64,000 nt of DNA, from the NCBI GenBank assembly GCA_964234715.1, contig OZ174287.1; one strand, written 5' to 3'. The stretch's first letter is position 1, and each line of letters opens with the position of its first letter. This DNA comes from Podarcis melisellensis. Taxonomy: Eukaryota. The position numbers and the translations under genes are program-made. Positions 39,163-52,886 of this stretch are shown in pieces. The notes under the pieces were generated by a model. That model made no database searches. It saw only the letters and a program-made list of their open reading frames with translations, and had not been told where the DNA came from.

Positions 39163-42100
39163 TCAACTATGGTCACCCTTCTTCTTTACTAGCTTCTCTT
39201 TACTGTTCATCTCAGGTCTAAGTATAATGATGTAGATTTTGGGGAGGAAGATGCAACCCAATAAGCCAGCAGTAGAGGCCAAGATGGAGAAGATCTCCAC
39301 AGCCACCATGTATTTCCCTTTGGTGCTCAGATAAGTGGGGACAAAGGACAGCCAAACACTGCAGAAGACCAGCATGCTGAAGGTAATCAACTTGGCTTCA
39401 TTGAAAGTATCAGGCAACTTCCTGGCAAAGAAAGCCACAGAGAAGCTCACAATGGCCAAAAGGCCCATGTAGCCGAGAATAAGGTGGAACATGATGTCGG
39501 AGCCTTCATTGCACTGCACTATGATCTGCCCATCCTGGGAGTGCAGGTCAAACTCTGGGAATGGGGGAGAGGATGCCAGCCACCCAAGACAGATGCCAGC
39601 TTGAATGAGAGAACAGAAGGTGATAAGGGATCCTGCCAGCCTCTTCCCAAGCCATTTCCTCAGGCTGTTCCCAGGCCTGGTCACCATGAATGCCAAAACC
39701 ACAGTGAGGGTTTTGGCTAACACACAAGCAACAGCAATGGAGAAGACGATGCCAAAGACGGTTTGCCTCAAGACACAGGTCACCTTTGTAGGCCTGCCAA
39801 TGAATAAGAAGGAGCAGAGAAAGCAGAGAAGCAGAGAAGAGAGCAAGGTGCAGGTGATGCCCCAGTTGTTGGCTTTGACAATGGGAGTGTTCCAGTGCAG
39901 ACCGAAGGTCCCCATCACAACAACAGTGACCAGGGAAAGCAGGAGAGCCAAGGAGGCCAACATTGCCCCCAAGGGCTCCTCATAGGATAGGTAGCTTATT
40001 TTTTTCGGAATACATTGGTTGTGAAAGACATTTGGGTAGTGATCATCTGGGCATTTCTCACACTGATCTGCATCTGAAAGTGAGAAGCATTCTTTTAGCA
40101 TTTCTTGAAGCAATGATTATTAATATTATTGATACCGTCTATTACAGTGGTGCCTTGCAAGACGAAATTAATCCGTTCCGTGAGTCTCTTCGTCTTGCGG
40201 TTTTTGTCTTGTGAAGCACGGCTATTAGCGGCTTAGCGGCTTAGCAGCTATTAACGGCTTAGCGGCTTTAAGAAAAAGGAAACAAACTCGCAAGAAATTG
40301 CAAGACGTTTCGTCTCGCGAAGCAAGCCCATAGGGAAATTCATCTTGCGGAATGACTCAAAAAACGGAAAACCCTTTCGTCTAGCAAGTTTTTTGTCTTG
40401 CAAGGCATTCGTCTTGCGGGGCACCACTGTATGCGGTACACGAAACATATTACTGAACTGATGAACCAAAGTCTACTTTCACAACTAAGTGATGGTTCCT
40501 CCATGAGCATCTCAGCTGTACTAATCAATCCATTCATATTTATTTGTCATGGTTGCAGTACACTGATTGATTTCAGTGTTTCCTCCTTAAACATGTCTAT
40601 CTCTGCATCCAGCCCCATGTCTTTGCATTTCAAGGCTTGCAGCCCAAGTGTTTCTACACTTTCTGTAATTGAGTTTGGGAGTAGATGAAACAGCCAGGTC
40701 ACCTGTCATTTGCTCACTGGGAAGATCTATATTTGACAAGAAATAACTTTTCCTAAGGACTGAAACTGTGTGGATACAATAGAGAAAATTGTTCACTAGT
40801 TGTTAATCACAGAAGTTGAAAATCTGTTGGCTGCTGGTTCAATGCTGACAAAAAGGGAATCTATGAAGTGCAACCCTAATTATTTCTTCCCAGATGTATG
40901 TCATCTTGATTTCAATGGTGGTTACTCCCACGTGGACGTTATTTCACACAATATACTCTTGAATGGCTATCCAAAGGGGAGGAGAGAGGAAAGGACAATA
41001 TGTATCAGTAACATATAATCACGTGTGCTTGGGATCTATGACAGAAAATAAGCAGACACAATAAGACTGAAACATGAATGTCTGTGTTGGAGAGGAAGAT
41101 GGGAATTCCAGTTGACTTGGGTTCCTTCACTTACCCTTCTGGACTGAAATCCTCCCTTTAGGGCACTGAACACAGTCATAGCAACAGATTTGCTTTCCCT
41201 GCTGGGGAAACATACTCTGTCCAGGGTGGCAGCTCTCAACACAGGTGGAAATGGGCAGCATCTAGTGGTGATGACAAGCAAGGGATTTTGAATGGAATAA
41301 GCTTGCTTCTCTACATAACTCTTATTGACATCTACGTCCGCTTTGCAGCAGAAAAGTCACAGGACTGAAATTAGCGGATGGCTGTCAAGCATTTGCTCCC
41401 TGGGCAAGCATCAGGCCCCCCAATAAAGATGCTTTGTGCTGTCACTTAACCATTTGGCCAGCGCAGCACATGTCTGAATGGTAAAGAGAAGCTAGTGCCA
41501 ACCTTCTCCATAACCCATAACCCGATGCTGATTCCCTCCTGGAGGGAGAGGAGAGCTGAAATAAGGAGCCGGCTGCTTCTCTTTCTTACCAACTTTCAGA
41601 TTAAACTATACAATGCATGTAGATGTTACTTACATTGCTAATACATCTTAGATAGATTTTTATCTAAGATAAATACTGTTACAGACTGAGAGCATCACAA
41701 GAGAACATTCCCGCTGCTCTAACTGTTTAGACTGCTCATAACTGCCAAAGCTGTAGAAATTTACATAACTATTCCCTCTTATGTGTGCTTTTTGTGGGGG
41801 GGCCATTGTGTTTTTTATTTTCATTATGTTTTATGTATGTATTCATTATGTATTTTATGGTTTTATATGTTGATTTTACTCTGTGAACTGCCCTGAGACC
41901 TCCAGTTATATAGCAGTTTATAAACTCATTCATTCATTCATTCATTCATTCATTCATTCCATCCATCCATCCATCCATCCATCCATCCATCCATCCATCC
42001 ATTAATTTCTTCAGGCATATGACAGCACAGCATTCTATAGCCTTCTGAGCATTAGCCCTTTCGTTAGCCTTTTGCATGCTTTCATCCCACGCATTATGGC

Positions 42101-45100
42101 CAAGCCTGCATGGAGTTTGGCCTCACCAACAGCCTGATGGAGACCAACCTCCTGGGACAGGATATCACCGGTACTCCATCAACATTAGTGACCACACACT
42201 TCAGGTGGTAGATGATTTTCTTTCTACTTGGCTCCACATAGTGGGACAGAGTCTGAAACCATGATTGTTGCCAACAACGCATTTTAGAGCACAACAGTCC
42301 CTTTTCAAGAGCTTTAAACACTTGCCAATTCCTCACTCAGAAAGACCTTGTTCTTAACCCTAAACTCCCAATTAGCTTCAAACTAGCTCTGGATCAACAA
42401 ATTTGAACAAAGTAACAAAGATAGTATTTGATCTTGTTAACAATGAGGTGACAGAGGAATTTAAGATAGAAAAAGGGACACGACAAGGCTGTCCAATTTC
42501 CCCATTGCTTTTTATATCGGTCCTGGAGGTTCTGTTGAATATGATCAGAAGGGACCAGTTGGTTAAAGGTATACAAGTCAGAGCTAAACAGTACAAACTG
42601 AAAGCATTTGCAGATGACTTAGTATTGACATTACAGGAGCCAGAATCTAGTACTAAAAGAGTTTTGGAACTGATTCAAGAATTTGGTCAGGTTGCAGGAT
42701 TTAAACTGAATAAGTTAAAAACAAAGGTTTTAGAGAAAAATTTAACAGCGATTGAAAGAGAGAGGTTTCAGAATGAGACAGGATTAACAGTAGTTAAGAA
42801 AGTGAAATACCTGGGGATTAACATGACAGCTAAAATTGGGAACTTATTTAAAGACAATTATGAAAAATGCTGGACGGAAGTGAAAAAAGATTTAGAAATT
42901 TGGTCAAATTTGAAGCTTTCACTGTTAGGCCATATTGCTGTGATAAAGATGAATGTATTGCCAAGAATGTTATTTCTGTTTCAAACATTGCAAATTCTGG
43001 ATAAAATGGATTGTTTCAAGAAGTGGCAGAGAGATATTTCTAGATTTGTCTGGCAGGGCAAGAAGCCCAGAATAAAATTTAAAATATTAACAGATGCAAA
43101 GGAAAGAGGTGGATTTGCCCTGCCAGACCTTAAACTTTATTATGAATCAGCAGCTTTCTCCTGGTTGAAAGAATGGCTACTTCTTGAAAACACAGACATC
43201 TTGGACTTAGAAGATTTCAATAATGTATTTGGATGGCATGCATATTTATGGTATGATAAGGTCAAAGCACATAAAGCATTTAAAAACCATATTGTCAGGA
43301 AAGCATTGTTTAATGTCTGGATAAGATATAAGGACTTGCTTGAAAATAAAACCCCAAGGTGGTTGTCACCAATGGAAGTGAAGGCTCAGAAAAAGCTCAA
43401 TATGGAGGCCAAATGGCCGAAATATTGTGAAATTTTGGAACAAGTGGGAGACAAACTGAAATTGCAGAGTTATGAAAAACTAAAAAACAAAGTGCGAGAT
43501 TAGCTTCATTATTATCAAATAACGGAGGCATACAATTTGGACAAAAAAAATGGATTCCAGGTGGAAAAAGACTTTGTCAAGGATGTATAACTTGCTGTTG
43601 AAATGGAATACTCAGGATGAAACAGTGAAATCAGCTATGATTAAATGGGCACAGGATGTTGGACATAATATTATGATGGCTGACTGGGAACAGTTATGGA
43701 CCACAGGTATGAAGTTTACAGCATGTAATGCTTTAAGAGAGAATATTATGAAAATGATATACAGGTGGTACATGACACCAGTCAAGCTTGCAAAAATATA
43801 TCATTTGCCCGATAATAAATGTTGGAAATGCAAAGAGACTGAAGGTACATTCTTTCACCTTTGGTGGACGTGCCCAAGGATTAAGGCTTTCTGGGAGATG
43901 ATATATAATGAAATGAAAAAGGTATTTAAATATACCTTCTTGAAGAAACCAGAGGCCTTTCTCCTGGGCATCGTCGGCCAATTGGTGCCAAAGAAGGATA
44001 GAACTTTCTTTATGTATGCCACAACAGCAGCAAGAATACTTATCGCAAAGTATTGGAAGACGCAAGATCTACCCACTCTGGAAGAATGGCAGATGAAGGT
44101 GATGGACTACATGGAATTGGCGGAAATGACCGGCAGAATCCGAGACCAGGGAGAAGAGTCGGTGGAAGAAGACTGGAAGAAATTTAAAGTCTACTTACAG
44201 AAATACTGTAAAATTAATGAATGTTAGAATGATGTTGGATAAGAAGTTAAGTGGTTTTTAGCTGTAATGCTATAAAGGAATATGAAAAAATGGATTATTA
44301 ACAGGTAAAAATTTAATGTTATAATACTTTAAGATTAAAGGATTATAAAGGAGGGAAAGGATTTGCTGAACTAACAAATTGAATTGGAATACAAAAAAGG
44401 GAGGTGTGAGGAGGTCCGGGAAACAAGCAAATGAAAGATAAGTAATGGAAAGATGGAATTGTTTTTAACTATTTTTATTTTGTATTTTTCTTTTTTCTTT
44501 TTTCATTTTGTAATATTTTGAAAATCTTAATAAATGTCTTTTTTTAAAAAAAAAAGATAGTATTTGATCATGGAGTACTAGAGCTTTCCTCCCCACACTT
44601 CTCCTTTGTAGCCCTCTGTGTTTTTCTGGATCCCCTGATCTTCTCATTAAAGATGATGATGGATGATAATTAAAACAAAAAAATGGTCACACCCACCTGC
44701 TTGAACTTGGGATTCCATGCAATGGCACTTCCATCCACTGTGAACTCTTTTCCTGGGGGGGCCTGAGGGTCCATTCTCCCCACTCGGACTCTCTGGAAGG
44801 ACTTATTGGGAAATGTGACCAAGTTGAGGAGATCATAGCCACCTGCCTGCTGCCCCTTCTCATCCAAAGAGATTTCTTCCCCAGCACTGTTGTTGAAGTG
44901 GATGTTCTTCAGGAAGGAGTGAAGCTAGATTGCAAGAGGGGAAAAAAAACACAGACCTTGGAGGCTAATACACTCTCTCTTTTCGATTTCCCAGTTGGAC
45001 CTTTGGCTTTTTACTACCATTCATCAGTATGTTCTAGGATGCTGAAAGCTGCCCTGCAGGGAGTCAAATCATTGCTCTATATAGCCCAGTCATTTCTACA

Positions 45101-48100
45101 CTGGTTGCTATTGGCTCTCTAGGGTTTCAGAGCCTTTCCCATCATGATCTTGAGATGCTGGGGGTTGAACATGGGACCTTCTGAATGAAAACAGATGTTC
45201 TGCCATTGAGCTGTAAGCCTTTCCAGTTCCAATATTAAGAGGCATGACTTGGTATGCTTTTCGACTTGCCATGGATTCTGGGTAATTCAGAAACCTCCTC
45301 CATTAACACCTGAAACTGCCTTGTGCTGAGTCAAACCATTGTTCTCTGTAGCCCAGAACTGTCTACTCTGAATGGCCACAGTTCTATTTGGCATACATTC
45401 AAGGTTTCAACTGAGTTCTTATAACAGAGGACACCCCTCATCCTTGTACAGCCCCAAGTAGGAGAATCCTGGATGGATTAATTTAAAGAGCTTTGAATGT
45501 GTAGCTTCCAAAGCATGTGGCCTTTAACTGAGATCAAGTCCCTCCCAATGATAGAGCTCACCAGTGAAAATCCCCAAGGTCTCTCCTCTACGCCAAGGCT
45601 CAGCTGTGAAACATATGAACCAGTAATAATAACTCCTGTGCTTCTAACACAGATAAGAGTAGTTGACAGTACCTGCCAGGGCTTAACTTTTGGCTGCGTC
45701 CATCTCTCACCCAGTACTTTCTGTTTGGTTCTTGAGGAATACATGCTATGGAGAGCATGTGCTACTGCATGGACGGCATTGTAGATGGTGTAGCTCTGGC
45801 TGGACATTTCCATTTCAAACACGGGTCCAGTGAGTTTCTCAAGCTTCTCCCTCCCAGTGCAGGGTTCATGAGTTGTGTGAATTAGATTGTGATCTGGGAA
45901 TGAACAGAGGAATGCACTGGCCCAGAACTGCTGAATGAAATAAAGATTTGGCTGCCATGGATTTATGGTCTGTAGAAAGTCCTGAAACCCTGGAACTGGA
46001 TTTGAATGGAGTGTAAATGACAAAGTGCCATTGAAGGATTTTGAAGGAAAATTGCCTCCAGCCAGCACTGCAGTGAAATCCCATTGAGCTATTGTAATCC
46101 ACACCCTCTCCACTGGGTACATAGAGAAAACCTCAAGGGAGACTAAAACCAGTCTCAAAGCCTCTAGAGACTGACTGTCTCCATAGACAAGAATCACATT
46201 CATTTGCTGCTGTGTGAGAACAAACATGATTGGTCTCAACTTTTGTTGAAGTAGCTCATTAGGTAAAAAATTTGTCACTAGTGGGATCACCAGTGTCCAA
46301 GAAATACAAAGATTATTCTGGGAAAGCCTTGGTCTGAGAGTATGAAGGAAGGTTTCTCCACTGTCATCATCTGAAACAAGGAGGCCAATCCAGTTCCACC
46401 CAAACTTCCTGAGTAGCCAGACAATGCCATCATACTGAGCTTCTTCATTGGGGACCATTTGGAAGAAGGAAGGGAAGTGCCTTTGGTCACTCAGCCCTGG
46501 ATCCAAGGAGCCATAGCTGAGCTAAAGGGAAAGGCATTCTATTTTTAAGAATCCAAAGACCGTCTATTTGTTCCTAGAAAGAATACTTCTGTATTATGGT
46601 AGTTATCCACCTGGTCTTACTTTTGTAAGTATACACCCCTGGCATTTTAAGTCTCAGGCTGGGAGAAGTTTCTAAGCAGGAAGCTGGATGCTCCTATGAT
46701 TACATGATTTGTGACATGGCCAGGTTTGGAAGAACCAGAGCTTGGATTATTAGTATTATGGATTTACTCCCCCCCCAAAAAAAAAATCCCAATGCAAATT
46801 GAGACGGTAGTGTTGGCAACACATAGCTAGGAGGCTTTAACATAATCATGTACCCATACCTAACGTAGGACATATGTGTAGAAAACATAATGTAATGGGA
46901 TTGAAAGCTAACCTGGATGCTTTTTGACGTTTTCTGTGTATGTCTGACCTTGTGGTTGTATCTATGTATCTAAACACATACCTGTGGAATCTTGTAGGTG
47001 TTTAATATATTGGCCATCTGAATGGAGTTTTGGGAGGTGAGCCCTCCAACAACGGCAATTAATCTATCTTCCCCATTACAGTGGTAATTGGGGAGATTTC
47101 GTTGTCCCATGAAAAGAAGAGCAAGAGTGTTCCAACAAGTTTGTGAAGGATTAAAACCATTCTCATAAAATGTTGATCCCAGTGTGATGTTGGATAAGAA
47201 TTTGGCATTCTTGTTGATCTCTTGCATAGCAAAGATGAAAGCAAGAACATGCTGGTAGTTTTTTGGGAGGACTCTGCAATGAGACAAAGAATGACTGCAA
47301 ACATGACAGAAGAGAAACAACTGTGTTGAAGTTTTCATTTTGATTCATGCATGTATTTAACTTGGATGTTTCAGCCTACACGACAAGAACATTCCATTCA
47401 AACTAATATACTACAGCAGTCTCCTAAGATACTATGATTAGATGTTCAGTATGTAAATAGTAGATTCAAGGAGATCCATTGTTGTGCTGTGGATAAATTG
47501 ATGGGGTTGGATATTGGAAACTCAGAAACAAAAAGTTGTTAACCTGCCAAGTTCAGTCAGGCTCTAATTCTTTCCCCACTTAACTAGGTTCAAAATCACC
47601 AACACAGTGGGATTTAATACTGAGTAAATCATTGCATGTTCCCAACACTACCTATGCCTGTTTCTTATACACAATGTTCACGCCTACCTCTTGTTCTGCT
47701 GCTTTGTCCATCACCTCCCTTCCATTTCTGAACCATGAAGTATTCATGGGAAAGTGTTCGCAATTCAACTAGGGATACAACTCTTTAGTATACCAGTGTG
47801 CTTTAACACACAATGTCTTTTTAGCAGCCCTTGAATCTAAGCCTTATAGATATGCTTTCCTTTTTAAAAAAACAAAAAAACAACTTGGGAAGCTAAATCT
47901 TCCTCCTCTTTTTTTATTCAATGGGATTCGCTTCCCATATAATCATGCAAGGCATTATAGGGTGTGATACACAACCTTCCATTGGAAATTGCTTATTCCC
48001 ATGTAAACATGTGTTAAGGAAATCTCTCCTTGATCCCAAATATTTAAGAGGAAGCATCCCACTTACCTGGGAGTAAGTACCACTAAGCTCAGTGGTGATT

Positions 48101-49152
48101 ACTTCGAGTAGGTAAGCCCAGATTTGCCCTGTCAGGCTAAAAGCTGATGTATGTTTGGGGTGTGGAGCGAAGCCCATGGAACTGAACAAAGCTTACTTGC
48201 AAGAAAATTTTGGCACAGGGATGGGCTGCAACATCTATGGGTTGAAGTAGCTTGAAAACTTCAGCTGGGTTGTGGATGGGGCTCATATGGGCAAAAAGCA
48301 GGGGCAATCTAGGAGCCACACTTAAGCACTTTGGAATCCCCATAGATTTCAACAGGATTCGGGCCCTGTACCCACTGAACACAATGAAGGGACTTGTTTT
48401 CAAGTTAATGTGTCGCTACTGCTGGGCTTTGCTCTTTGAGGGAAAAGGAGGGAACTGCAGTTTATCAGACTCAAAATGAAAAGGTGATTTTTTGGTATCA
48501 TCTAAAAGAATAGCAAGTTGTAGGTAGTTCCACTTCAGTGTAGCAATACAGAAACACAACAATGAACTGCAGGGGGGGGGGGAGTAGAACAGCATTTCAA
48601 GCAAGTCCAAATTTGTATTGAAGTACTTCTTAATTCTTTCCACAAGAATGAATATCTTACTTGAAAGACAACTCTGAAAAACATTTTTAACACTATGGTA
48701 CAGAGGGATTTGATTAGGCCACATATGGTGCCTTAGACTGATGATCTTGAGTTTATTTCTGCTAACTCAAGTGGTGGGACAAAAATCTGAATGTTCCCTG
48801 TGAAGGCTGACAGAAGAACCGAAGACAAAAGCCGATGCAGTTGTTTATTTCATCAAGTCATGAATAATCAGTGGACCCAACAGAAAATTCCCTGTAAATA
48901 AGTAACTACTTACTGAGCATATAGTGCAGAGGATTGTGGGTACTCCATAAATTTCTGCATTCTGAAGTTTGCTAGCGTAATGGATATAAATTCACCGATG
49001 ATCATGTCTGCTGGAGGACCATATGAATTGGTTTGAATTGTTTTTCTCAATCTGCAAGAGCTCAAACTCTTGCTAGAAGAACAATGCATCAGCAACAGCA
49101 GGAAAAGCAGGTGGTGTGCTGACCATTCTTGGGCTGAACTGGAAGCCATCAT
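39163..49152 (-). CDS. Vomeronasal type-2 receptor (class C GPCR) V2R-1, intact, 881 aa
   Basis: Six exons: 49152-48914, 47273-46982, 46521-45673, 44924-44697, 41261-41135, 40073-39163 (239+292+849+228+127+911 = 2646 nt, phases compatible). Signal peptide, Venus-flytrap domain, Cys-rich domain (CVESC...CCYDCVQCP) and 7TM ([16 protein letters not shown]). TATA-like at 49284. Confidence 0.93.
40145..40429. mobile_element. Tigger/TcMar-like MITE in V2R-1 intron 5
   Basis: TIR cagtggtgcc..gcaagacg / cgtcttgc..ggcaccactg with TA TSD; empty site in the paralog near 57725. Confidence 0.88.
41926..42001. repeat. (TTCA)n(TCCA)n compound microsatellite
   Basis: Read directly; not expanded in the paralogous intron near 59135. 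Confidence 0.9.
42434..44552 (+). mobile_element. Young 5'-truncated L1/Tx1-like LINE in V2R-1 intron 4
   Basis: ORF2 RT ([18 protein letters not shown]) and C-terminal CCHC region in ORFs 42403-43503 and 43550-44227. Poly(A) tail. 17-bp TSD AAAGATAGTATTTGATC at 42417-42433 and 44553-44569. Absent from V2R-2. Confidence 0.95.
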
Positions 49153-51020
49153 GTTTACCTATATTCACTAACAGCATTTCAGTCTTGGCTGAAGTTATAA
49201 GGAAACTTGGCTGCATGGAGGCATGTACCTGCCTCAAATCTACCTCCCTTACTGGATTTATGTAATGTGATAGGACAGGTGCCTATATAGACTACAACAC
49301 AGGACCATCACATTTGGAAAGGGCTGTTTCTATGGCTTATATTGTGCCTGGCATCTGATTTGCCATGGGACATTTAAAAGTAGTGATGCTGATCAATAAT
49401 TATAAGAATTACAGGGTGAAGTATTTGTTTTGCTAAGGTCCTCAGGTCTCAGAACAAGCAAAGTTCTTACCCTCTAAAATGTGGCTCTTTTGGGGGGTTG
49501 GTGGGGGTGTTATTGCAGTATTGTTTTTATTTTTATTTTGTATATTGTGATCTTTTTTGTGAACCGCCCTGAAACCTCTGGGTATATGGTGGTATATAAA
49601 TTCAATAAATGAAATGGAATGGTTTCTTAGGAGGGGGTCCAGGAGTGCACAATGACCATTCCCCACATTAACTGGAGGGCGGCTTTTGCATGGTTGCACA
49701 CAGCCTCCCCCGGGACTATGAGACTCCTGGCTAGGCAGCTTGGCTTTGCTGACCCTCCTCCCCCCTAAGCTGGATACCTTGAGGTTCCCACCTAGCCTTA
49801 ACAATTAGCCAATCGTGGTCGGGAGGCCATTGCCAAAAGGGGGTCTCAAAAATGGTCAGGGGGATACCTCCCACAGAGACACATCTGTCCTTTGGGTTGA
49901 TGTTCTATTGATAACAATACCACCTGAAGATTTCTCTCTCTCCAAGCTGACTTGGAAGCTAGATTTCTATGTGGGTCTGAATACCCCCATACACATTCAA
50001 GGGGAACATTTGTCTCCCAAACAAGGGAGTTTACATTCTCCATTATATTTACTCTCGGCCTCAAAGCACCCACAGAGCCACAAACAGCAAGATGACTATT
50101 TATTAGGCATCCTGTGGAATGTGCTCAGAAGCAGCCCTGGGGTTGTTGTGCCTGACCACATGATGACATCTGGCTGTGTCTATAAACATGAACTCTGTAC
50201 ACTGGGACAGAACTGAGTGGGGAACCAGAGTTGCGAAAGTGTTGGGGGAAGCATTCCAAGCTGCTAGACATTAATGCTAAACCATATGCGCTCTATATTG
50301 TGAATACCATATGGGTGGGGGTTAAATGGAAGGAGAAAATCTAGACATTTGGGGGATGGGGAAATGGAAAAAAAGGAGAAAGGCAGTGGTGACAGCTCCC
50401 CACCCTAATATTTGACTGCTATGCCTTTCTTGCTGAAACCTGGTTTTGCTGCAGTCATGAGCATCAAAAAAACTCCTATCCATCTCCCAGCAGACACTAA
50501 GTCCCCCCCCCCAACAATGATTCACTTGGAATAACCATATGCCACCATGTAGTATAATTCCTGGCAGGAAATGGTTGTAGCCTACCTGCTCATAAAACGT
50601 GTTGCAGACACTGAGTGCCAATTGGATCTAGCCAGGACCTCAACTTTTATCTCCAATGAATCGTCCAGGTACTCTGCCTCCCCTATGGTATGTCTAGCTA
50701 AACTTGAAGTCCCTAAGCGCTGGAGGGCCTTTACCTTGGCCCTTCAGCTGTCCTTGAAGGCTGATACAGGAAGATTGCTTACCTGGAGAAACAATGCGCC
50801 TGTGACTCTGGACAAATAGAAACAACAGACAGACATTGCTGGTTTAACAGAATCAAAGCAGGTTTCTTTGCCACTATGGTTTAAGGGTGTTTTCTTTGTT
50901 TGTTTTTTAATTGCAGTAAAGCAGAGCTGGACAGAATGGCAGCAAAGGGGGGGGGGGTTTCTTGCAAGGGATGGCATAATTGTTAAAAAGCTGAATATTT
51001 GGATCTGGGCATTGGAAATC

Positions 51021-51464
51021 TTACGCTGTGACGATGATGCTTTCGTCAAAGTGCACAGGCTCATTATTCTGATTACAGGCAATGACAATGTATCTGGACG
51101 ATCTGTTATTGGAGTACTCGCAAGGTGGGCGAGTTGAGCCGCCTTTGTGCTTGCAGGTGGTGACAGTGATGGGGCGGAGAGCAATCCTCAGCCCATTCCC
51201 ATAATCCTCCCCTCCAGATTCAGTGCACACAGATTTGATGTTATTCTTGGTGCCGTGGATGAAGGTGTTCACTTCCTTGCATGGTTTGTCCAGCCCACGT
51301 CTTTTCATCATGACGTCACAATACTGCTTTCCAACGTTGCTCTTGGGATTATCGTAGTGCTGCCTTAGGAACTTCTCATAGGGGGTTTCACAATAGGCTC
51401 CCAGTGCCAGAACAGACACCAGAAAGGAGAGGAGCACAAGGCCAGATCCCTTGAAAGGCATCAT
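51021..51464 (-). CDS. Secreted RNase A-family ribonuclease, angiogenin-like, 147 aa, single coding exon
   Basis: Signal peptide MMPFKGSGLVLLSFLVSVLALGAYC. Catalytic H (RQHY), K (CKEVNTF) and H (PVHFD); 6 Cys in the mature chain. Acceptor tctctttcag| at 51481, 16 nt before the ATG. ATTAAA at about 50906. Confidence 0.95.
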   Translation of the reverse strand: MMPFKGSGLVLLSFLVSVLALGAYCETPYEKFLRQHYDNPKSNVGKQYCDVMMKRRGLDKPCKEVNTFIHGTKNNIKSVCTESGGEDYGNGLRIALRPITVTTCKHKGGSTRPPCEYSNNRSSRYIVIACNQNNEPVHFDESIIVTA

Positions 51465-52457
51465 CGTGGGCGACCGCTGCCTGAAAGAGATACCTGGGGG
51501 GAAAGTAAAGTGGGTGTGTAAATGCTTTCTTTCTGTTTGCCACCAGAGGGTGCTTTGTGAAACAGCTTGGACTTCAAATGAATGCTGTACTGTATATCCT
51601 TGCAAATTCTTATCTGCAAATGTTGTGGTGGATGTTATCTAGTCATGATCACATAACCATGTGAATATTGATACAAACCAGTCACCATGCATCATTCTTG
51701 TTTGTAAACCCAATAAAAAAACCAATATAAAAGAAGAAGCTTGGACCATTGTTGAGGGTCAGGGAGAAGGAGGCAAAGAAGATAGGATATTTGTACAAGC
51801 TCAGTTAAGTTTCTGGCTGAAGTGAGATGTGCGCAAGGGACTCACTGGTATGAAACTGAGCTCCAGACTAGCACTGAGAGACCAGGGTTCAAATCCCCAC
51901 TCAGCCGTGAAGCTCATTGGGAAACCCTGGGTCAGTCTTAGTCTCTTACCCTAGCCTGCCTCACAGGATTGATGAGAGGATTGCCTGAAGGAGGAGAACG
52001 ATGGATCCATCCATCCATGGATCCATCCATCCATCTCCCTTTTGTATAAACTCCCTTAAAATCCTTCTGAAAGTCTTCATCAAGCGCCACCAGCAGCTCA
52101 ACAAGACAGCGGGGTATAAGATTTATTTCTTAACCTTTAGGTTAAAGTGCTGTACACTTGGGAACACCATGAACTTTAAGTAGCTGGGTTGGTGTTGCAG
52201 CGTCGGTAGATTTAAACAATTGTTCCAATTGTTTATTTTGCCTGCTATAATCTTTTGCCTGCTATAATCTTTTCGCATAGACTTTTACATAAATGCATCT
52301 TAAGCCCCCCCCCTTTTCTAGTAGGATTTAGTAAGAGCTAAATTGGAGTCACTTTTACATGTGCAATTTGTGCACACAACAGCTCCCTCATCTTGTGGTT
52401 TAACGTTGTATGTTCACCCCTCTTAAAAATATCTATTCCCCTAATAATAACTGCTTG

Positions 52458-52886
52458 CTTGTGTATTCTCCTCACCATAGAGAAAGTGTTGACTAAGGAA
52501 TGTAGAAAATGTAAGATTAGAAAGCAAAAATAATCCAGACTGTTTATTCTTCATGTGCCTCCTAACTTCTGAACCTAATGCTGTCATTTGTTCTCTTTTA
52601 AAGAAACCGTTTACAGTTTTGTGAAATGGAATGATAGAAACTGCAACCAACTCAACAGCTACATCTGCAAGAAAAAAAATCTAATCCAGCAACTGTCATT
52701 CCCAACTGTGCCTTCTGTGATTGATGGACAACTCTCTGGAATCATTACCTCCTCTCCAACCCCTCAATGATCAACTCTCATCCATTATTGAGGGGCAACA
52801 TTTCAATATGAGTAGGGAAATGAGAGTACTCCTAAACATTTTAAAGAAAAAAAGCACTGCCCATTGCAATGTACATTAACTAATTT
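52458..52886 (+). pseudogene. Inverted orphan copy of the CTL-C terminal exon with flanks
   Basis: 52458-52788 is the reverse complement of about 20360-20032 (exon from 52604: ETVYSFVKWNDRNCNQLNSYICKKK, with +1 nt before the stop). It is fused to the reverse complement of about 17190-17093. Confidence 0.88.

Noticed and set aside
39484-39985. Plus-strand ORFs conserved in both duplicates (also 57065-57566)
   Set aside because: They are antisense shadows of the V2R 7TM exon; the conservation is explained by the conversion tract.
51465-51605. N-terminal extension of the 194-aa RNase ORF in the ORF track
   Set aside because: It begins at a non-ATG codon and runs through a polypyrimidine tract and acceptor. 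The signal peptide starts at the ATG at 51464.
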